A stretch of DNA of 64,000 nucleotides from Gammaproteobacteria bacterium (lineage in GTDB: Bacteria > Pseudomonadota > Gammaproteobacteria > Ga0077536). Below the pieces are notes generated by a model that was given only the letters and a program-made list of their open reading frames with translations, was not told where the DNA came from and did not search any database. A program made the position numbers and the translations under genes. Of the stretch, positions 54,063 to 64,000 are shown one piece after another. The stretch spans positions 2,304,001-2,368,000 of the forward strand of contig CAXXLL010000002.1 in NCBI GenBank assembly GCA_963662545.2, given 5' to 3'. Each line of letters starts with the position of its first letter. The stretch's first letter is position 1.

Positions 54063-55304
54063 CTATGTATCCCCAGCGTGATCGACATCCAGCGATTCGA
54101 CCAATCCGCGTCGAGCGATAAGGATCACGATGGCGGGTAGCGCCACGAGGAAGGTGATGAAGAAAAAGACCGGCCAGCCGATCGACTCGACGAGCATGCC
54201 CGACGGCGGCCCGGCGAAAACTCGCCCCAGGCTGGCGACCGCGGTCAGCATGGCATACTGCGTCGCCGTGTAGCGCCGGTCACACGCCGCCATCAACAGG
54301 GCGACGAAAGCGGCAGTCCCCATACCCCCCGTGAGATTCTCCAGGCCGATCACGGCGACCAGCGCGACATAGGATTTGTCGATTACGGCGAGAACGCAGA
54401 ATCCGAGGTTCGTGACGGCCTGCAACCAGGCAAATATGAGCAGCGATCGATAAAGCCCGAGTCGGTACATCAGCGCGCCCCCGTAGAGGGCGCCGCAAAC
54501 AGTTGCAAAAAAGCCCAAGCCTTTAGAAATCGCTCCGACATCAGTCAATGAGAAACCCAGTTCGCGTAGCAGGAACACCGTCGTCAACCGACCCGCAAAA
54601 GCTTCACCAAGTTTGTAGAGGAAGATCAGCGCTAAGAGCATCACTGCTTCATCGCGTTTGAAAAAATTTCGAAATGGCTCGATCACAGCTTCCTGGAGGG
54701 TACGTGGTACTGCGATATCTTCAGGCACTGGCGGCGCCGCGATATTTGCTACAACTCCTATCAAGAGCAATCCGGACATGATCAAGTAGGTATTGGGAAA
54801 TCCATAGTGATCGGCAAGAATGAACGCACCTGCTCCCGAGGCAAGCATTGCCACTCTGTAGCCGATGACGTGGACGGCCGCGCCGAAGCCACGTTCTTTG
54901 TCCGTCAGAATTTCCGTACGGTAGGCATCGATCGCAATGTCCTGTGACGCTGACATAAAGGCTATCGCTACGGCAACGATACCGAGCCACAAAAGAGGGC
55001 CGGCCGCCATATTGGTGAGTCCCGCATACGCCAATAGCGCAACCAATACGATTTGCGTAACTAAAGTCCAGTCACGTCTGCGACCGGGCCACCCGGGCTG
55101 AAAGCGATCGAGCATCGGGGCCCATAAAAACTTAAGGACGTAGGGGATGCCCACCAGAGAAAAAAAACCGATCGTCGCAATTTCCACGCCCTCTTCGGTC
55201 AACCACGCCTGCAAGGTGCTGTCGCTCAAGGCCAATGGCAGACCCGAAGCAAAGCCGAGTAACGCAATGACGGTGATGCGGCGATTCAGAAGTTGAGTGT
55301 TCAC
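54063..55304 (-). CDS. ampG: Muropeptide MFS transporter
   Basis: Motifs LGFASGLP, KFLWAP, ASQDIAIDAYR and ATQYA. Confidence 0.9.
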   Translation of the reverse strand: MNTQLLNRRITVIALLGFASGLPLALSDSTLQAWLTEEGVEIATIGFFSLVGIPYVLKFLWAPMLDRFQPGWPGRRRDWTLVTQIVLVALLAYAGLTNMAAGPLLWLGIVAVAIAFMSASQDIAIDAYRTEILTDKERGFGAAVHVIGYRVAMLASGAGAFILADHYGFPNTYLIMSGLLLIGVVANIAAPPVPEDIAVPRTLQEAVIEPFRNFFKRDEAVMLLALIFLYKLGEAFAGRLTTVFLLRELGFSLTDVGAISKGLGFFATVCGALYGGALMYRLGLYRSLLIFAWLQAVTNLGFCVLAVIDKSYVALVAVIGLENLTGGMGTAAFVALLMAACDRRYTATQYAMLTAVASLGRVFAGPPSGMLVESIGWPVFFFITFLVALPAIVILIARRGLVESLDVDHAGDT

Positions 55305-55635
55305 GAACTTGATGTTTACCGGGCAGGAATTCGATCGTTAAGGCGCATGCAGAGACATTGTAACGGTATCCCGATCAGTGACGCGGGCTGTCACAATGCC
55401 ACAGGCCTGCCGCGCCGCCTCATTCGCTTGCTCGATCCGCAACCCATTCGAAGGGAACGGCGCGCGATTGCACATCAAGAGCTCAGCGCTCGAGTTCGAG
55501 CGGCAGAAATACGACTGTGCAAGACGCACCGGTGAAACGCCCGCCAAATCGAAAACCGACACATGAATCCCGGAATTGGCAAGTGATATAATGCTTCGCT
55601 CGACATTCTTTTACCCTAGACCGAGTTCATAGCAC

Positions 55636-56646
55636 ATGAACCAAACCCAGGCGTTTCCCACGCAACTCGTCGACCGTTTCGGGCGGGTGGTTGATTACGT
55701 GCGCATTTCGGTCACCGATCGCTGCGATTTCCGCTGTGTGTACTGCATGGACGAAGAAATGCAGTTCCTGCCGCGCGCACGTATTTTGACGCTCGAAGAA
55801 CTGGCATTCGTCGGCCGGGCGTTCGCCGAACTGGGTGTGACGAAAATAAGACTGACGGGCGGCGAACCGCTGGTAAGAAACAATGTCATCAAGCTCATTC
55901 GTGATCTCGGGCGGCTGTCGCAGCTCAAGGAACTAGTGCTGACCACGAACGCATCCCAACTCGAACGCATGGCGGGCGACATCCGCGAGGCGGGGGTGCG
56001 CCGCATCAATATCAGTCTGGATTCGCTCGATCCCGATCGTTTTCGCAAGCTAACACGCATCGGTGAACTCGACCGCGTGCTGGCGGGCGTCGAGGCGGCT
56101 CGCGCCGCCAATTTCGACAAGATTAAGATCAACGCGGTCATCCTCAAAAACCGAAATGACGACGAAGTCATTCCGCTGGTGGAATACGCCAGCAGCAGGA
56201 ATATGGATATTTCCTTTATTGAAGAAATGCCGCTCGGCGTGATCGGCGATCACGACCGCGCTGAAGCCTATTACTCGAGCGATCAGATACGCGAAGATCT
56301 GTCGCGCCGATATACGCTCGTTCCCACGACCGAAACCACGGGCGGTCCGGCAAAGTATTTCCGGATCACGGAAACCGGTACGCGGGTTGGCTTTATCTCA
56401 CCGCACAGTCACAACTTCTGCGACGATTGCAACCGCGTGAGACTGACCGTCGAAGGACGTCTGCTGCTGTGTCTGGGCCAGGAACACTCGGTAGATCTCA
56501 AGCATGTCCTGCGCTCCAATCCGGGCGATCTCGACATCGTCAAGCACGCGATCGTCGACAGTATGGCGATCAAGCCCAAGGGGCATGATTTCAATCTGCA
56601 GGAACAGCCCCTCATTTTCCGGCATATGAGTCACACCGGCGGCTGA
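55636..56646 (+). CDS. moaA: GTP 3',8-cyclase
   Basis: Motifs CDFRCVYC and FCDDCNRVR; C-terminal GG. Confidence 0.96.
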   Translation: MNQTQAFPTQLVDRFGRVVDYVRISVTDRCDFRCVYCMDEEMQFLPRARILTLEELAFVGRAFAELGVTKIRLTGGEPLVRNNVIKLIRDLGRLSQLKELVLTTNASQLERMAGDIREAGVRRINISLDSLDPDRFRKLTRIGELDRVLAGVEAARAANFDKIKINAVILKNRNDDEVIPLVEYASSRNMDISFIEEMPLGVIGDHDRAEAYYSSDQIREDLSRRYTLVPTTETTGGPAKYFRITETGTRVGFISPHSHNFCDDCNRVRLTVEGRLLLCLGQEHSVDLKHVLRSNPGDLDIVKHAIVDSMAIKPKGHDFNLQEQPLIFRHMSHTGG

Positions 56647-56676
56647 AAGCGCTACCGGGATTATTTCCGGTTGACC

Positions 56677-57297
56677 ATGATGCGTCGCCAGCCCGGAAAT
56701 CTCACGACGCGGGCCATCACGGGATGTATCCTGGCCGGCGGCCGCGGGCGTCGCTTTCAGGGTGCCGACAAGGGGTTCGTCGCGTTAGCGGGTCGCCCCC
56801 TGCTGGTTCACGTGCTGGACCGATTTCGCCCACAGGTGGACGAGGTCATGATCAGCGCGAATCGTCATTTGGAAGACTATCGACGACACTGCGCACGCGT
56901 TTTGGCAGACGCGGCGGACGACTACGCGGGTCCCCTGGCCGGGTTTGCCGCAGCCATGGCGGCGGCGACGACGCCCCATCTCGCGACCACCCCGTGTGAC
57001 ACGCCATTCATTCCGACCGACATGGTCGACCGTTTATGGCAGGCTCTGGTCGAAAAAGATGCCGAGATCAGTGTGGTACGCACCGGCACGCGGCTACAAC
57101 CCGTGTTCGCACTGCTGGGTACCGATCTTAAGGATTCCCTATTGAAATACCTTGCGAGCGGAGGGCACAAGATCGATGCCTGGTACGCAGATCACCGCGT
57201 AGCTGAAGTCGATTTCGGCTCCGATCATGAAGATTTCATGAACATCAACACGCCCGACGATCTCGCAAGGGCCGAGCTTCGCATAAGCAGTTTATGA
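56677..57297 (+). CDS. mobA: Molybdenum cofactor guanylyltransferase
   Basis: Motifs LAGGRGRR..G.DK, GPLAG, PCDTP and NINTPDDL. Confidence 0.92.
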   Translation: MMRRQPGNLTTRAITGCILAGGRGRRFQGADKGFVALAGRPLLVHVLDRFRPQVDEVMISANRHLEDYRRHCARVLADAADDYAGPLAGFAAAMAAATTPHLATTPCDTPFIPTDMVDRLWQALVEKDAEISVVRTGTRLQPVFALLGTDLKDSLLKYLASGGHKIDAWYADHRVAEVDFGSDHEDFMNINTPDDLARAELRISSL

Positions 57298-57851
57298 TCA
57301 CCGATTATCAGGGCGTGCCCCTGCTCGGGTTCGTCGCGCCGAGCGGAACGGGAAAGACGGCGCTACTGACCGCGGTCATTCCACTCCTGCGGGAAGCCGG
57401 CTTGCGCGTCGGCTGTATCAAGCACACCCATCATCCTTTTGAAATCGATCAACCCGGCAAGGACAGCCGCCGGCTTCGCGAAGCCGGCGCGGAGCAGATG
57501 CTGATCGGCGGCGCGGGGCGCTGGGCACTGATCGTGGAAACCGACGCGAACGCCGAACAAGGCCTCAGGGAAATGGCGAATCGAATGCTGATCGATCAAC
57601 TCGACATCGTGTTGGTGGAGGGGTTCAAGCTCGCGGTCATTCCGAAAATCGAAGTCCACCGGGCTGAATTCGGCACCGACATCCTCTGCCGGGAGACGGA
57701 CTCCATCATCGCGCTTGCGACCAATCAAAAGCCTCCGCCATCGGTCCCCGTCCCGATTCTCGACTTAGATAATCCGCGCAACATCGCCGATTTCATTCTG
57801 ACCTACGTTCGCAACAGCAGGGACTTGCATACCGCCTCCACAAAAGCATAA
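57294..57851 (+). CDS. mobB: Molybdopterin-guanine dinucleotide biosynthesis protein B
   Basis: Motifs SGTGKT, IKHTHH, PGKDS and VEGFK. Confidence 0.92.
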   Translation: MITDYQGVPLLGFVAPSGTGKTALLTAVIPLLREAGLRVGCIKHTHHPFEIDQPGKDSRRLREAGAEQMLIGGAGRWALIVETDANAEQGLREMANRMLIDQLDIVLVEGFKLAVIPKIEVHRAEFGTDILCRETDSIIALATNQKPPPSVPVPILDLDNPRNIADFILTYVRNSRDLHTASTKA

Positions 57852-57860
57852 ATTCCCCCT

Positions 57861-59117
57861 ATGAAAAAACGCGATCCCAGTTGTGCGGATGATTTCGATC
57901 ATGCGTCGCTGACATGTGAAGAAGCCCTGTCAACGATTCTTGACCAGATCGATACGGTGGCCGGCTCCGAGTGGCTCGCCGTTCGTTCCGCACCCGGGCG
58001 GGTCCTGAGTGAAACCATCATCTCTCCGGTCGATGTACCACAGCAGACGAACTCGGCCATGGACGGTTATGCAGTGCGTGCGGACGACCTGTCGGAAACG
58101 GGTGAATCGATTTTCAAGGTGATCGGCAGTTCGTTTGCCGGCAAACCCTTCGGCAAGGGCATCGGCGCCGGCGAAGCCGTTCGCATCATGACCGGCGGCG
58201 CCATGCCCAAAGGGTCCGACACGGTCATCATGCAGGAACACGCCGATGTGGCCGACGATGTCATGACGGCCGATTCCAATCACATGCGGGGCCAGAACGT
58301 GCGGGCGGCGGGCGAGGACCTCGAACGTGGCCAGGTCGTTCTCGAGGCCGGGCACCGCCTGGCGCCGGCGGACCTGGGCTTGATCGCGTCTCTCGGCATC
58401 GGCGAGGTCCCGGTATTCCGCAAGGTTCGGGTCGCTTTTTTCTCGACCGGCGACGAACTGCGATCGATCGGCGAGCCGCTGGGGCCTGGCGAAATCTATG
58501 ACAGCAACCGCTATACGCTGTTTGCGATGCTGCAACGCATTGACGCGGAAATCATTGATATGGGCGTGGTGCGGGATACCCGGGAAGCGGTGGAAGCCGC
58601 GCTCGATCAGGCCGCCAGGGTTGCCGATGCCGTCATTACCTCGGGCGGCGTCTCGGTCGGCGAAGCCGATTACGTCAAGGAAGTCCTGAATGCCATCGGT
58701 GAAGTCAGTTTCTGGAAGGTTGCCATGAAACCGGGCCGTCCACTCGCTTTCGGTACGATCGGGAACGCCCACTTCTTCGGACTGCCGGGCAACCCGGTGT
58801 CGGTGATGGTGACCTTTTATCAGTTCGTGCAGCCGGCGCTGTTCAAGATGGCCGGAAACCGACAGCACACCCCGCTGCTCTGCAGCGCGCGCACGACGGC
58901 CGTGCTGAAGAAGCGGCCCGGCCGCACAGAGTACCAGCGGGGCATCCTGTCGCGGGGTGAAAACGGCGAATTACTCGTCTCGCCGACGGGCGACCAGGGC
59001 TCGGGGATCTTGCGTTCGATGTCCGTCGCCGACTGTTTCATCATCCTGCCGGTGGAAAGCGGCCGCGTCGAGCCAGACACCGTCGTTTCAGTGCAGCCGT
59101 TCCACGGCCTGATGTAG
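57861..59117 (+). CDS. moeA: Molybdopterin molybdotransferase
   Basis: Motifs SAMDGYA, STGDEL, SGGVSVG and GLPGNPVS. Confidence 0.95.
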   Translation: MKKRDPSCADDFDHASLTCEEALSTILDQIDTVAGSEWLAVRSAPGRVLSETIISPVDVPQQTNSAMDGYAVRADDLSETGESIFKVIGSSFAGKPFGKGIGAGEAVRIMTGGAMPKGSDTVIMQEHADVADDVMTADSNHMRGQNVRAAGEDLERGQVVLEAGHRLAPADLGLIASLGIGEVPVFRKVRVAFFSTGDELRSIGEPLGPGEIYDSNRYTLFAMLQRIDAEIIDMGVVRDTREAVEAALDQAARVADAVITSGGVSVGEADYVKEVLNAIGEVSFWKVAMKPGRPLAFGTIGNAHFFGLPGNPVSVMVTFYQFVQPALFKMAGNRQHTPLLCSARTTAVLKKRPGRTEYQRGILSRGENGELLVSPTGDQGSGILRSMSVADCFIILPVESGRVEPDTVVSVQPFHGLM

Positions 59118-59174
59118 CCCATTTCTACACGTTAGGACAGGTGACCGCGCAGAGTTATCATCCGAAAACGAGGT

Positions 59175-60101
59175 TCAAATCTCGATTGCCATCCCGTCGT
59201 ACGACACTTCCCAACCCGCGGCTTCGGCCGCGGCCCGCTCCGGGGTGTCCGCGATCAGGATCGGATTCGTCGTGTTGATATGGATGAATACTTTGCGGCC
59301 GACGTCGAGGTCGGAAAAGGCCGCGATCGTGCCTTCCTCACCAGAAACACTCATATGCCCCATGCGTTTGCCGGTCTTCACGCCGACGCCGTCGCGCACC
59401 ATTTCATCGTCTACCCACAGGGTGCCGTCGAAGAATACGAGTTCGGCGCCGCGCAATCGATCGGCCAGCGCGTCGGTCATGCGCGCGCAGGCGGGCATGT
59501 AGAAAAAACAGGTCTTTCCCTCTGCCCGCACTTCGAGCGCGATCGTATCTTCGTCAACCGTTCCGAAGTTCTCTCCCTGGCTTTCGTCCTCGAGCCAGAG
59601 AGCAACCTTTCCGGGGACGGCGAAAGGCACCACGCTGATCCCGAGCGCAGTTCCGTCCGGCCGCATTATCTCGAGTTCCTCGTTCAAGACCATGGATTCC
59701 CGCGTGACAAATTGGGGATTGAGTACATTGAAGATCGAATTCGCTTCGAGTACCGACAGCACGCGGCGTGTTCCGTAGAGTCTAAAGGCTTGGGACTCAC
59801 GCAGATTGAGCAGGCCGGCTACGTGATCGACATCGGCGTTGGTCAGCACGACCGCGTTGATTGGACTGTCTCGCAACGCCTGCCTAGGGTGCAGGATATC
59901 ATTGTCGTTGATCTGCTGGCGCAGATCGGGCGAAGCGTTGAACAGCACCCACCGCTCTCCATCACTGCTGAGCGCGATCGACGATTGCGTTCGTTGCGGC
60001 GCCGCCGGATCCCGCTGCCGCGCGCGGCGGCTGTTGGGGTGGTTGCAGTTCCATTGGGGATAGCCGCCGCCGGCGGCCGATCCCAATACACGTACGTGCA
60101 T
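59175..60101 (-). CDS. pqqB: PQQ biosynthesis protein B
   Basis: Motifs LGSAAGGG.PQWNC, RTQSS, NASPD, RMGH and FIHINTTNPIL. Confidence 0.92.
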   Translation of the reverse strand: MHVRVLGSAAGGGYPQWNCNHPNSRRARQRDPAAPQRTQSSIALSSDGERWVLFNASPDLRQQINDNDILHPRQALRDSPINAVVLTNADVDHVAGLLNLRESQAFRLYGTRRVLSVLEANSIFNVLNPQFVTRESMVLNEELEIMRPDGTALGISVVPFAVPGKVALWLEDESQGENFGTVDEDTIALEVRAEGKTCFFYMPACARMTDALADRLRGAELVFFDGTLWVDDEMVRDGVGVKTGKRMGHMSVSGEEGTIAAFSDLDVGRKVFIHINTTNPILIADTPERAAAEAAGWEVSYDGMAIEI

Positions 60102-60191
60102 CGGATTGTCTCCTGATCAAAGGTGACGGGTGTCGAATAGACAAGGGTCAGACATCAAAAATCAAATTCACGTAACTGCTTCAACAACGTT

Positions 60192-60650
60192 TTAGCGGCT
60201 GAACTCTTCCGACCGTCCGGGCGTATTGTTGGCGACCCAGCGGTCGCCCGACGCCGCCTTTTCCTTTTTCCAGAACGGCGCCGAGGATTTGAGGTCTTCC
60301 ATGATGCTGCGAGCGGCTTCGAACGCATGTGCGCGATGGGCCGACCAGGCGGCGACGAGCACGATTGGGTCACCCGGCGCGAGTTCGCCGACCCGGTGAA
60401 CGATCAAAACGTCTTCCAGATTCCAGCGGCTTACCGCTTCTTCGGCAATTTTCTCCAGATGCTTTTCCGTCATTCCGGGATAATGCTCGAGGGACATCGC
60501 ATCGATCTGCTCGCCCTCGTTGAAATCCCGCATCGAGCCGACGAACATCGCCGTCGCGCCGATACGGCGCATGCCCTCCCCGATGCGATCCTGATGCGCG
60601 CGGATTTCGTCGAGTGGATCGAATGGTTCGGAGCTGATCCGTATCGCCAT
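60192..60650 (-). CDS. moaE: Molybdopterin synthase catalytic subunit
   Basis: Motifs LEHYPGMT, HRVG, SAHR and APFWKKE. Confidence 0.95.
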   Translation of the reverse strand: MAIRISSEPFDPLDEIRAHQDRIGEGMRRIGATAMFVGSMRDFNEGEQIDAMSLEHYPGMTEKHLEKIAEEAVSRWNLEDVLIVHRVGELAPGDPIVLVAAWSAHRAHAFEAARSIMEDLKSSAPFWKKEKAASGDRWVANNTPGRSEEFSR

Positions 60651-60651
60651 T

Positions 60652-60885
60652 TCAGCCGCCGGTAACCGGTGGGAAATAAGCGACTTCGTCGGTGTCCTTC
60701 AATTCCTGCTCCAAGTCGCAATAAGTATGGTTCACGGCGCACAACACGCCGTCGGGCAATGCTTGACCGTCGGTGAGTTCGCGCCATACGCTGCTTACCG
60801 TCATGCCGGACTCGTGCGCACACTCGGCCTCGCGGCGTCCGACGGACTCAGCTAAACTTGCGAAGAACTTGATTTTTATCGACAT
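60652..60885 (-). CDS. moaD: Molybdopterin synthase sulfur carrier
   Basis: Motif FFA.L.E; C-terminal PPVTGG. Confidence 0.93.
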   Translation of the reverse strand: MSIKIKFFASLAESVGRREAECAHESGMTVSSVWRELTDGQALPDGVLCAVNHTYCDLEQELKDTDEVAYFPPVTGG

Positions 60886-60970
60886 CGGCGCTGCGTTCTG
60901 CGGAAATGCGATAAGCTTTTCATACCGATCTATTCTACATCATGGAAATCGACACCTTCAGGAACAAACC

Positions 60971-61459
60971 ATGGCTGAGCTGACACATCTGGATGCCGAG
61001 GGCCGCGCCCGCATGGTCGACGTCGGTAAAAAGCCGTCGACCATGCGACGCGCTGTAGCCGAAGGCCACATCGTCATGCAAGCCGAAACGCTGAACCTCA
61101 TCGCCGAAGGCGGCCACAAAAAGGGCGACGTACTGGCGGTGGCGCGTGTCGCCGGAATCATGGCGGCCAAGAAGACAGCCGAACTGGTCCCGCTATGCCA
61201 CTCGCTGCAACTGACCCATATCGAGATCGATTTGACCCTCGACCGTGATGCCTCGGCGATACGTTGTACCGGAACGGCAGAAACACACGGGCCCACGGGC
61301 GTCGAGATCGAGGCCTTGACGGCGGTTCAAATCGCCCTGCTGACCGTCTACGACATGTGTAAAGCCGTCGACCGCGGCATGGTGATCGCGAACGTTCGGC
61401 TGGTGTCCAAGGCGGGCGGACGGTCGGGTAACTGGATAGCTGACGCGGAGACACCTTGA
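60971..61459 (+). CDS. moaC: Cyclic pyranopterin monophosphate synthase
   Basis: Motifs LTH....G.ARMVDV, KGDVL, PLCH and YDMCKAVD. Confidence 0.95.
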   Translation: MAELTHLDAEGRARMVDVGKKPSTMRRAVAEGHIVMQAETLNLIAEGGHKKGDVLAVARVAGIMAAKKTAELVPLCHSLQLTHIEIDLTLDRDASAIRCTGTAETHGPTGVEIEALTAVQIALLTVYDMCKAVDRGMVIANVRLVSKAGGRSGNWIADAETP

Positions 61460-61540
61460 TCCTCCAGCGGCCGGCTCCTGACAGCTTGCTAAATAGGTAG
61501 GGTCTACCGACTGACAGATAAAGCCTGAGTTCGTAAACCT

Positions 61541-62236
61541 TTACCTATGTAAAGTGGTCTTGCAGGTCCTGGATCCTATGTGTCCCTTTAGCTGAAATGA
61601 ATCTCCTTTGCGCGTCCCAAAAAAACTGAAGGTATCCTGGCCTTTCTTGCGAATCATCATATGACCGCGTTCGTTTATCAGGCCTTGCCCCTTAGCACCC
61701 ATGTCCAGCGCTATTTCAAAATGACTGTTATGAACATCTATTGAGATCGGCTCATCAATCGCATCCTCACAATTTTCACAGATCTCGCACGCAACCGTGC
61801 CCAGCCACCGACCATCCAAATCTGACGGTCCAAGCGGCGCCAGCCGGGCCCAAACTTTTTTTCCATCGGTCTTGTATTCTATGATGCCGCGGCGACCTGC
61901 TTGTAACTCTTTGTGCACTTTTATGTCGGCGGTTTGCCACCCAAAAGGCAGATGTACATAGAGAGGGAAATCAATCCACTCGTGAATGTGCACCTTCAAC
62001 TCATGGAGTCCGGGGAGCAGATGATATTCACGGGCACCGTCTACCACCGGAGTGCCGTCAACGGCAGCGAGTTCCAGATGGGGATTGAGCACGAGTATGA
62101 ACACTTCATTAAGCGACCTTGTGGGTCCTTCATAAAGCTTTACCGCGGGGCTTGAGTCACCTTCAGCGGCCACGTAACTGGAAAACCACATCAAACCGGC
62201 CAGCACCACAAACCGGAAAATGTTCTTCGTCAACAT
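61541..62236 (-). CDS. Hypothetical exported protein (lower GC)
   Basis: Signal peptide and 231-aa ORF; more AT-rich than its flanks. Confidence 0.6.
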   Translation of the reverse strand: MLTKNIFRFVVLAGLMWFSSYVAAEGDSSPAVKLYEGPTRSLNEVFILVLNPHLELAAVDGTPVVDGAREYHLLPGLHELKVHIHEWIDFPLYVHLPFGWQTADIKVHKELQAGRRGIIEYKTDGKKVWARLAPLGPSDLDGRWLGTVACEICENCEDAIDEPISIDVHNSHFEIALDMGAKGQGLINERGHMMIRKKGQDTFSFFGTRKGDSFQLKGHIGSRTCKTTLHR

Positions 62237-62535
62237 CGTCTGCAGTCCGAAATCGTCGACTCCCCCCGGTCGAGTATTTGGGGAGGTACCACGTTTAGGT
62301 ACTTAGGGACGCACAACTTATTACAACCTAAAACGTCCCCGATGTTCCTTTTGTGTTCAGGTAATCTCTCTCAAACGACCAATAGTTACCAGCAACGCTG
62401 AGAGCAATAGAGTTCACCCGATTTCGTGGCCACCTTTAATTGGCGCGGGGCTGACTCTGGCCAGAAAATACGTTCCCGCGGAAACGCTTTTTTTCCCCAA
62501 AATCATTTGGTTCTAGAAAATGTCGACCGCTGGAC

Positions 62536-62925
62536 TCAATCGTATTTAACGTACTTGAAGCGCTGATCGTCGGGCGTACCCTCGAGCGGCGAATCAGGAT
62601 CGGCCCCCGGCTGCCAGAGGACGACCTCGTCGATCTTTTTAGCCAGCTCGAAATCCTTGTCGGTGATGCCCTTCGCCGCGTGGTTCATCAGCTTGACCGT
62701 GACGAACGCATAAGAGACGGTGAGATCGGGATGATGCCAGGCCGCTTCGGCGAGGTGCCCGACGGTATTGACGACCATCAAGGTACCCTTCCAGCTAGAG
62801 GTCTTGTACTTGCGGCGTATCCAGCCATCCTTGAAGGTCCAGCCCGACAGCTCCTCTGCCAGGCGCTCTTCGATTTCTGCTTCGGAATAAACTTCTTCGG
62901 TCTTGCGTTCTCTCCAGCCCATCAT
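62536..62925 (-). CDS. Pterin-4a-carbinolamine dehydratase
   Basis: Motifs AEAAWHHPDL and GITDKDFELA. Confidence 0.88.
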   Translation of the reverse strand: MMGWRERKTEEVYSEAEIEERLAEELSGWTFKDGWIRRKYKTSSWKGTLMVVNTVGHLAEAAWHHPDLTVSYAFVTVKLMNHAAKGITDKDFELAKKIDEVVLWQPGADPDSPLEGTPDDQRFKYVKYD

Positions 62926-63638
62926 GCCACCTCGCTGTCATCCTGCGGATTTACAATTATCCCAGCATGCATCGCCGCTTGCACCCGCGCGACGGCGTCC
63001 GCTGAAAGCCTCCGCTCACGCTGGCTTTCATCACATAACGCACTCCTGAATCCAAGGTAATCGGCGCCCACCGGCAATAGGGCCGGTATATCGGCAAGAT
63101 GCAGGCGTCCGGCCAGCCCGGTCAGCAAGCTCAACTCGCGTCCGAGTGCGACGAATTTTTCGATCTGGCCGATCTCGAGCAGACCGGTCAGCCCGGGGCC
63201 CGACTTATCGGCAGTATCAAGCATGATGCCGGCGGTCCCGACCGCGGCGATTGCCCTGATGGCGCCCTCGTCCGGCGGATACTCAGCCATGCACACTACG
63301 ATGAGACGATGGCCGCGAGCCGCGCAGCGTTCAAGAACCGACACGTGCTTTTTCGGTTTCCTAAGGTTCAACCCGACCTTGATGTAATCGACCCCGGTTT
63401 CCGCCACGTGCTCGACCCGCCCCGGCACGACTTCTGGTGTGTCCCAACAATCGCCGATCGTCGCGCTGACCGGTAGCCGGCCACGCACGTGCTGAACGAT
63501 GGCACCGATCTCGGCGGCTTGCAGTGCGCCGAGCGCGCCCTTGCGCGGATCCTTTATGTCGATCCAGCCGACGCCGTGGTCGATGGCAAGCGCCGCCTCG
63601 AACACGTCACTCACACTTGCCAGCATCAGGCTCATCAT
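62922..63638 (-). CDS. mfnB: (5-formylfuran-3-yl)methyl phosphate synthase (DUF556/Orf22)
   Basis: Motifs MLASV, IDIKDP..GALGA, SATIGD, DYIKVG, MLDTADK, GLAG.L and DYLGFRSALC. Confidence 0.8.
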   Translation of the reverse strand: MMSLMLASVSDVFEAALAIDHGVGWIDIKDPRKGALGALQAAEIGAIVQHVRGRLPVSATIGDCWDTPEVVPGRVEHVAETGVDYIKVGLNLRKPKKHVSVLERCAARGHRLIVVCMAEYPPDEGAIRAIAAVGTAGIMLDTADKSGPGLTGLLEIGQIEKFVALGRELSLLTGLAGRLHLADIPALLPVGADYLGFRSALCDESQRERRLSADAVARVQAAMHAGIIVNPQDDSEVA

Positions 63639-64000
63639 AGGGATTCCGGTTTATTTGGGTGTTTGGGATGGCAGGCGATCGCGTCCACCAGCCACTGCCA
63701 GGCGAGTCTTTCGCGCTCGCCCGCAGTCTTTTCAACAGCAAGTGTAAGGTAAGCCATCTCCACCGCAACCTTTTCGGGCGTCAGCCAGTCGAGTCGCGAA
63801 ACGAGTATCGACGCCTCGATAACCGCGGCTTGCGCGCGATTGAAACCGCTGAACGCCCGGTGTGTTTCTTCGGCGACCACTTGGCACCGAAACTCGGGGC
63901 GTTGCGGATCGTCGGTTTGCTCCACGACCTCCATTTCCAGGTGGGCGAGGCAGTCTGCCAGGCGCCAGCCGTCGACGTGCGCGGCACGGATGACGGGCCA
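63635..64000 (-). CDS. DUF447 family protein (5' end off the window)
   Basis: Motifs GFNRAQAAVIEASILVSRL and AVEKTAG.RE..AW.WL. Confidence 0.75.
   Translation of the reverse strand, partial: WPVIRAAHVDGWRLADCLAHLEMEVVEQTDDPQRPEFRCQVVAEETHRAFSGFNRAQAAVIEASILVSRLDWLTPEKVAVEMAYLTLAVEKTAGERERLAWQWLVDAIACHPKHPNKPESL

Noticed and set aside
60102-60191. Hidden pqqA peptide upstream of pqqB
   Set aside because: No short ORF with the ExxxY motif was found on manual reading.
62240-62530. Short hairpins and possible repeat remnants
   Set aside because: Weak stems with no second copy in the window; no call can be supported.

Overview
A GC-rich bacterial chromosome segment with gammaproteobacterial-style gene order. 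Housekeeping genes include ahcY, metK, trxB, yoaA, epmA-efp-epmB, parC/parE, xseB-ispA, folE2, mazG, an Lpp/OprI-like lipoprotein with an L,D-transpeptidase, ampG and a molybdenum-cofactor cluster. The right end reaches a methylofuran/H4MPT-type C1 cluster. The main accessory feature is a 3304-bp IS1595-family transposon (23496-26799) with 26-bp TIRs and an 8-bp TSD. It carries a BrnT/BrnA-like toxin-antitoxin pair, two uncharacterised ORFs, a long RNA hairpin and a 101-nt tRNA-like gene with a tRNA-Leu body, a Pro (UGG) anticodon and an oversized variable arm. The element inserted into the terminator of a candidate sigma54-dependent sRNA. Other accessory features are an actinobacterial-type furA-katG island with a leaderless promoter and an orphan operator, an ISNCY element where dxs usually sits, two MITE families, an uncharacterised Mo-hydroxylase/lactonase/beta-keto-acid-cleavage cluster and an orphan pqqB. 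Product calls come from motif recognition by eye; no database searches were run.
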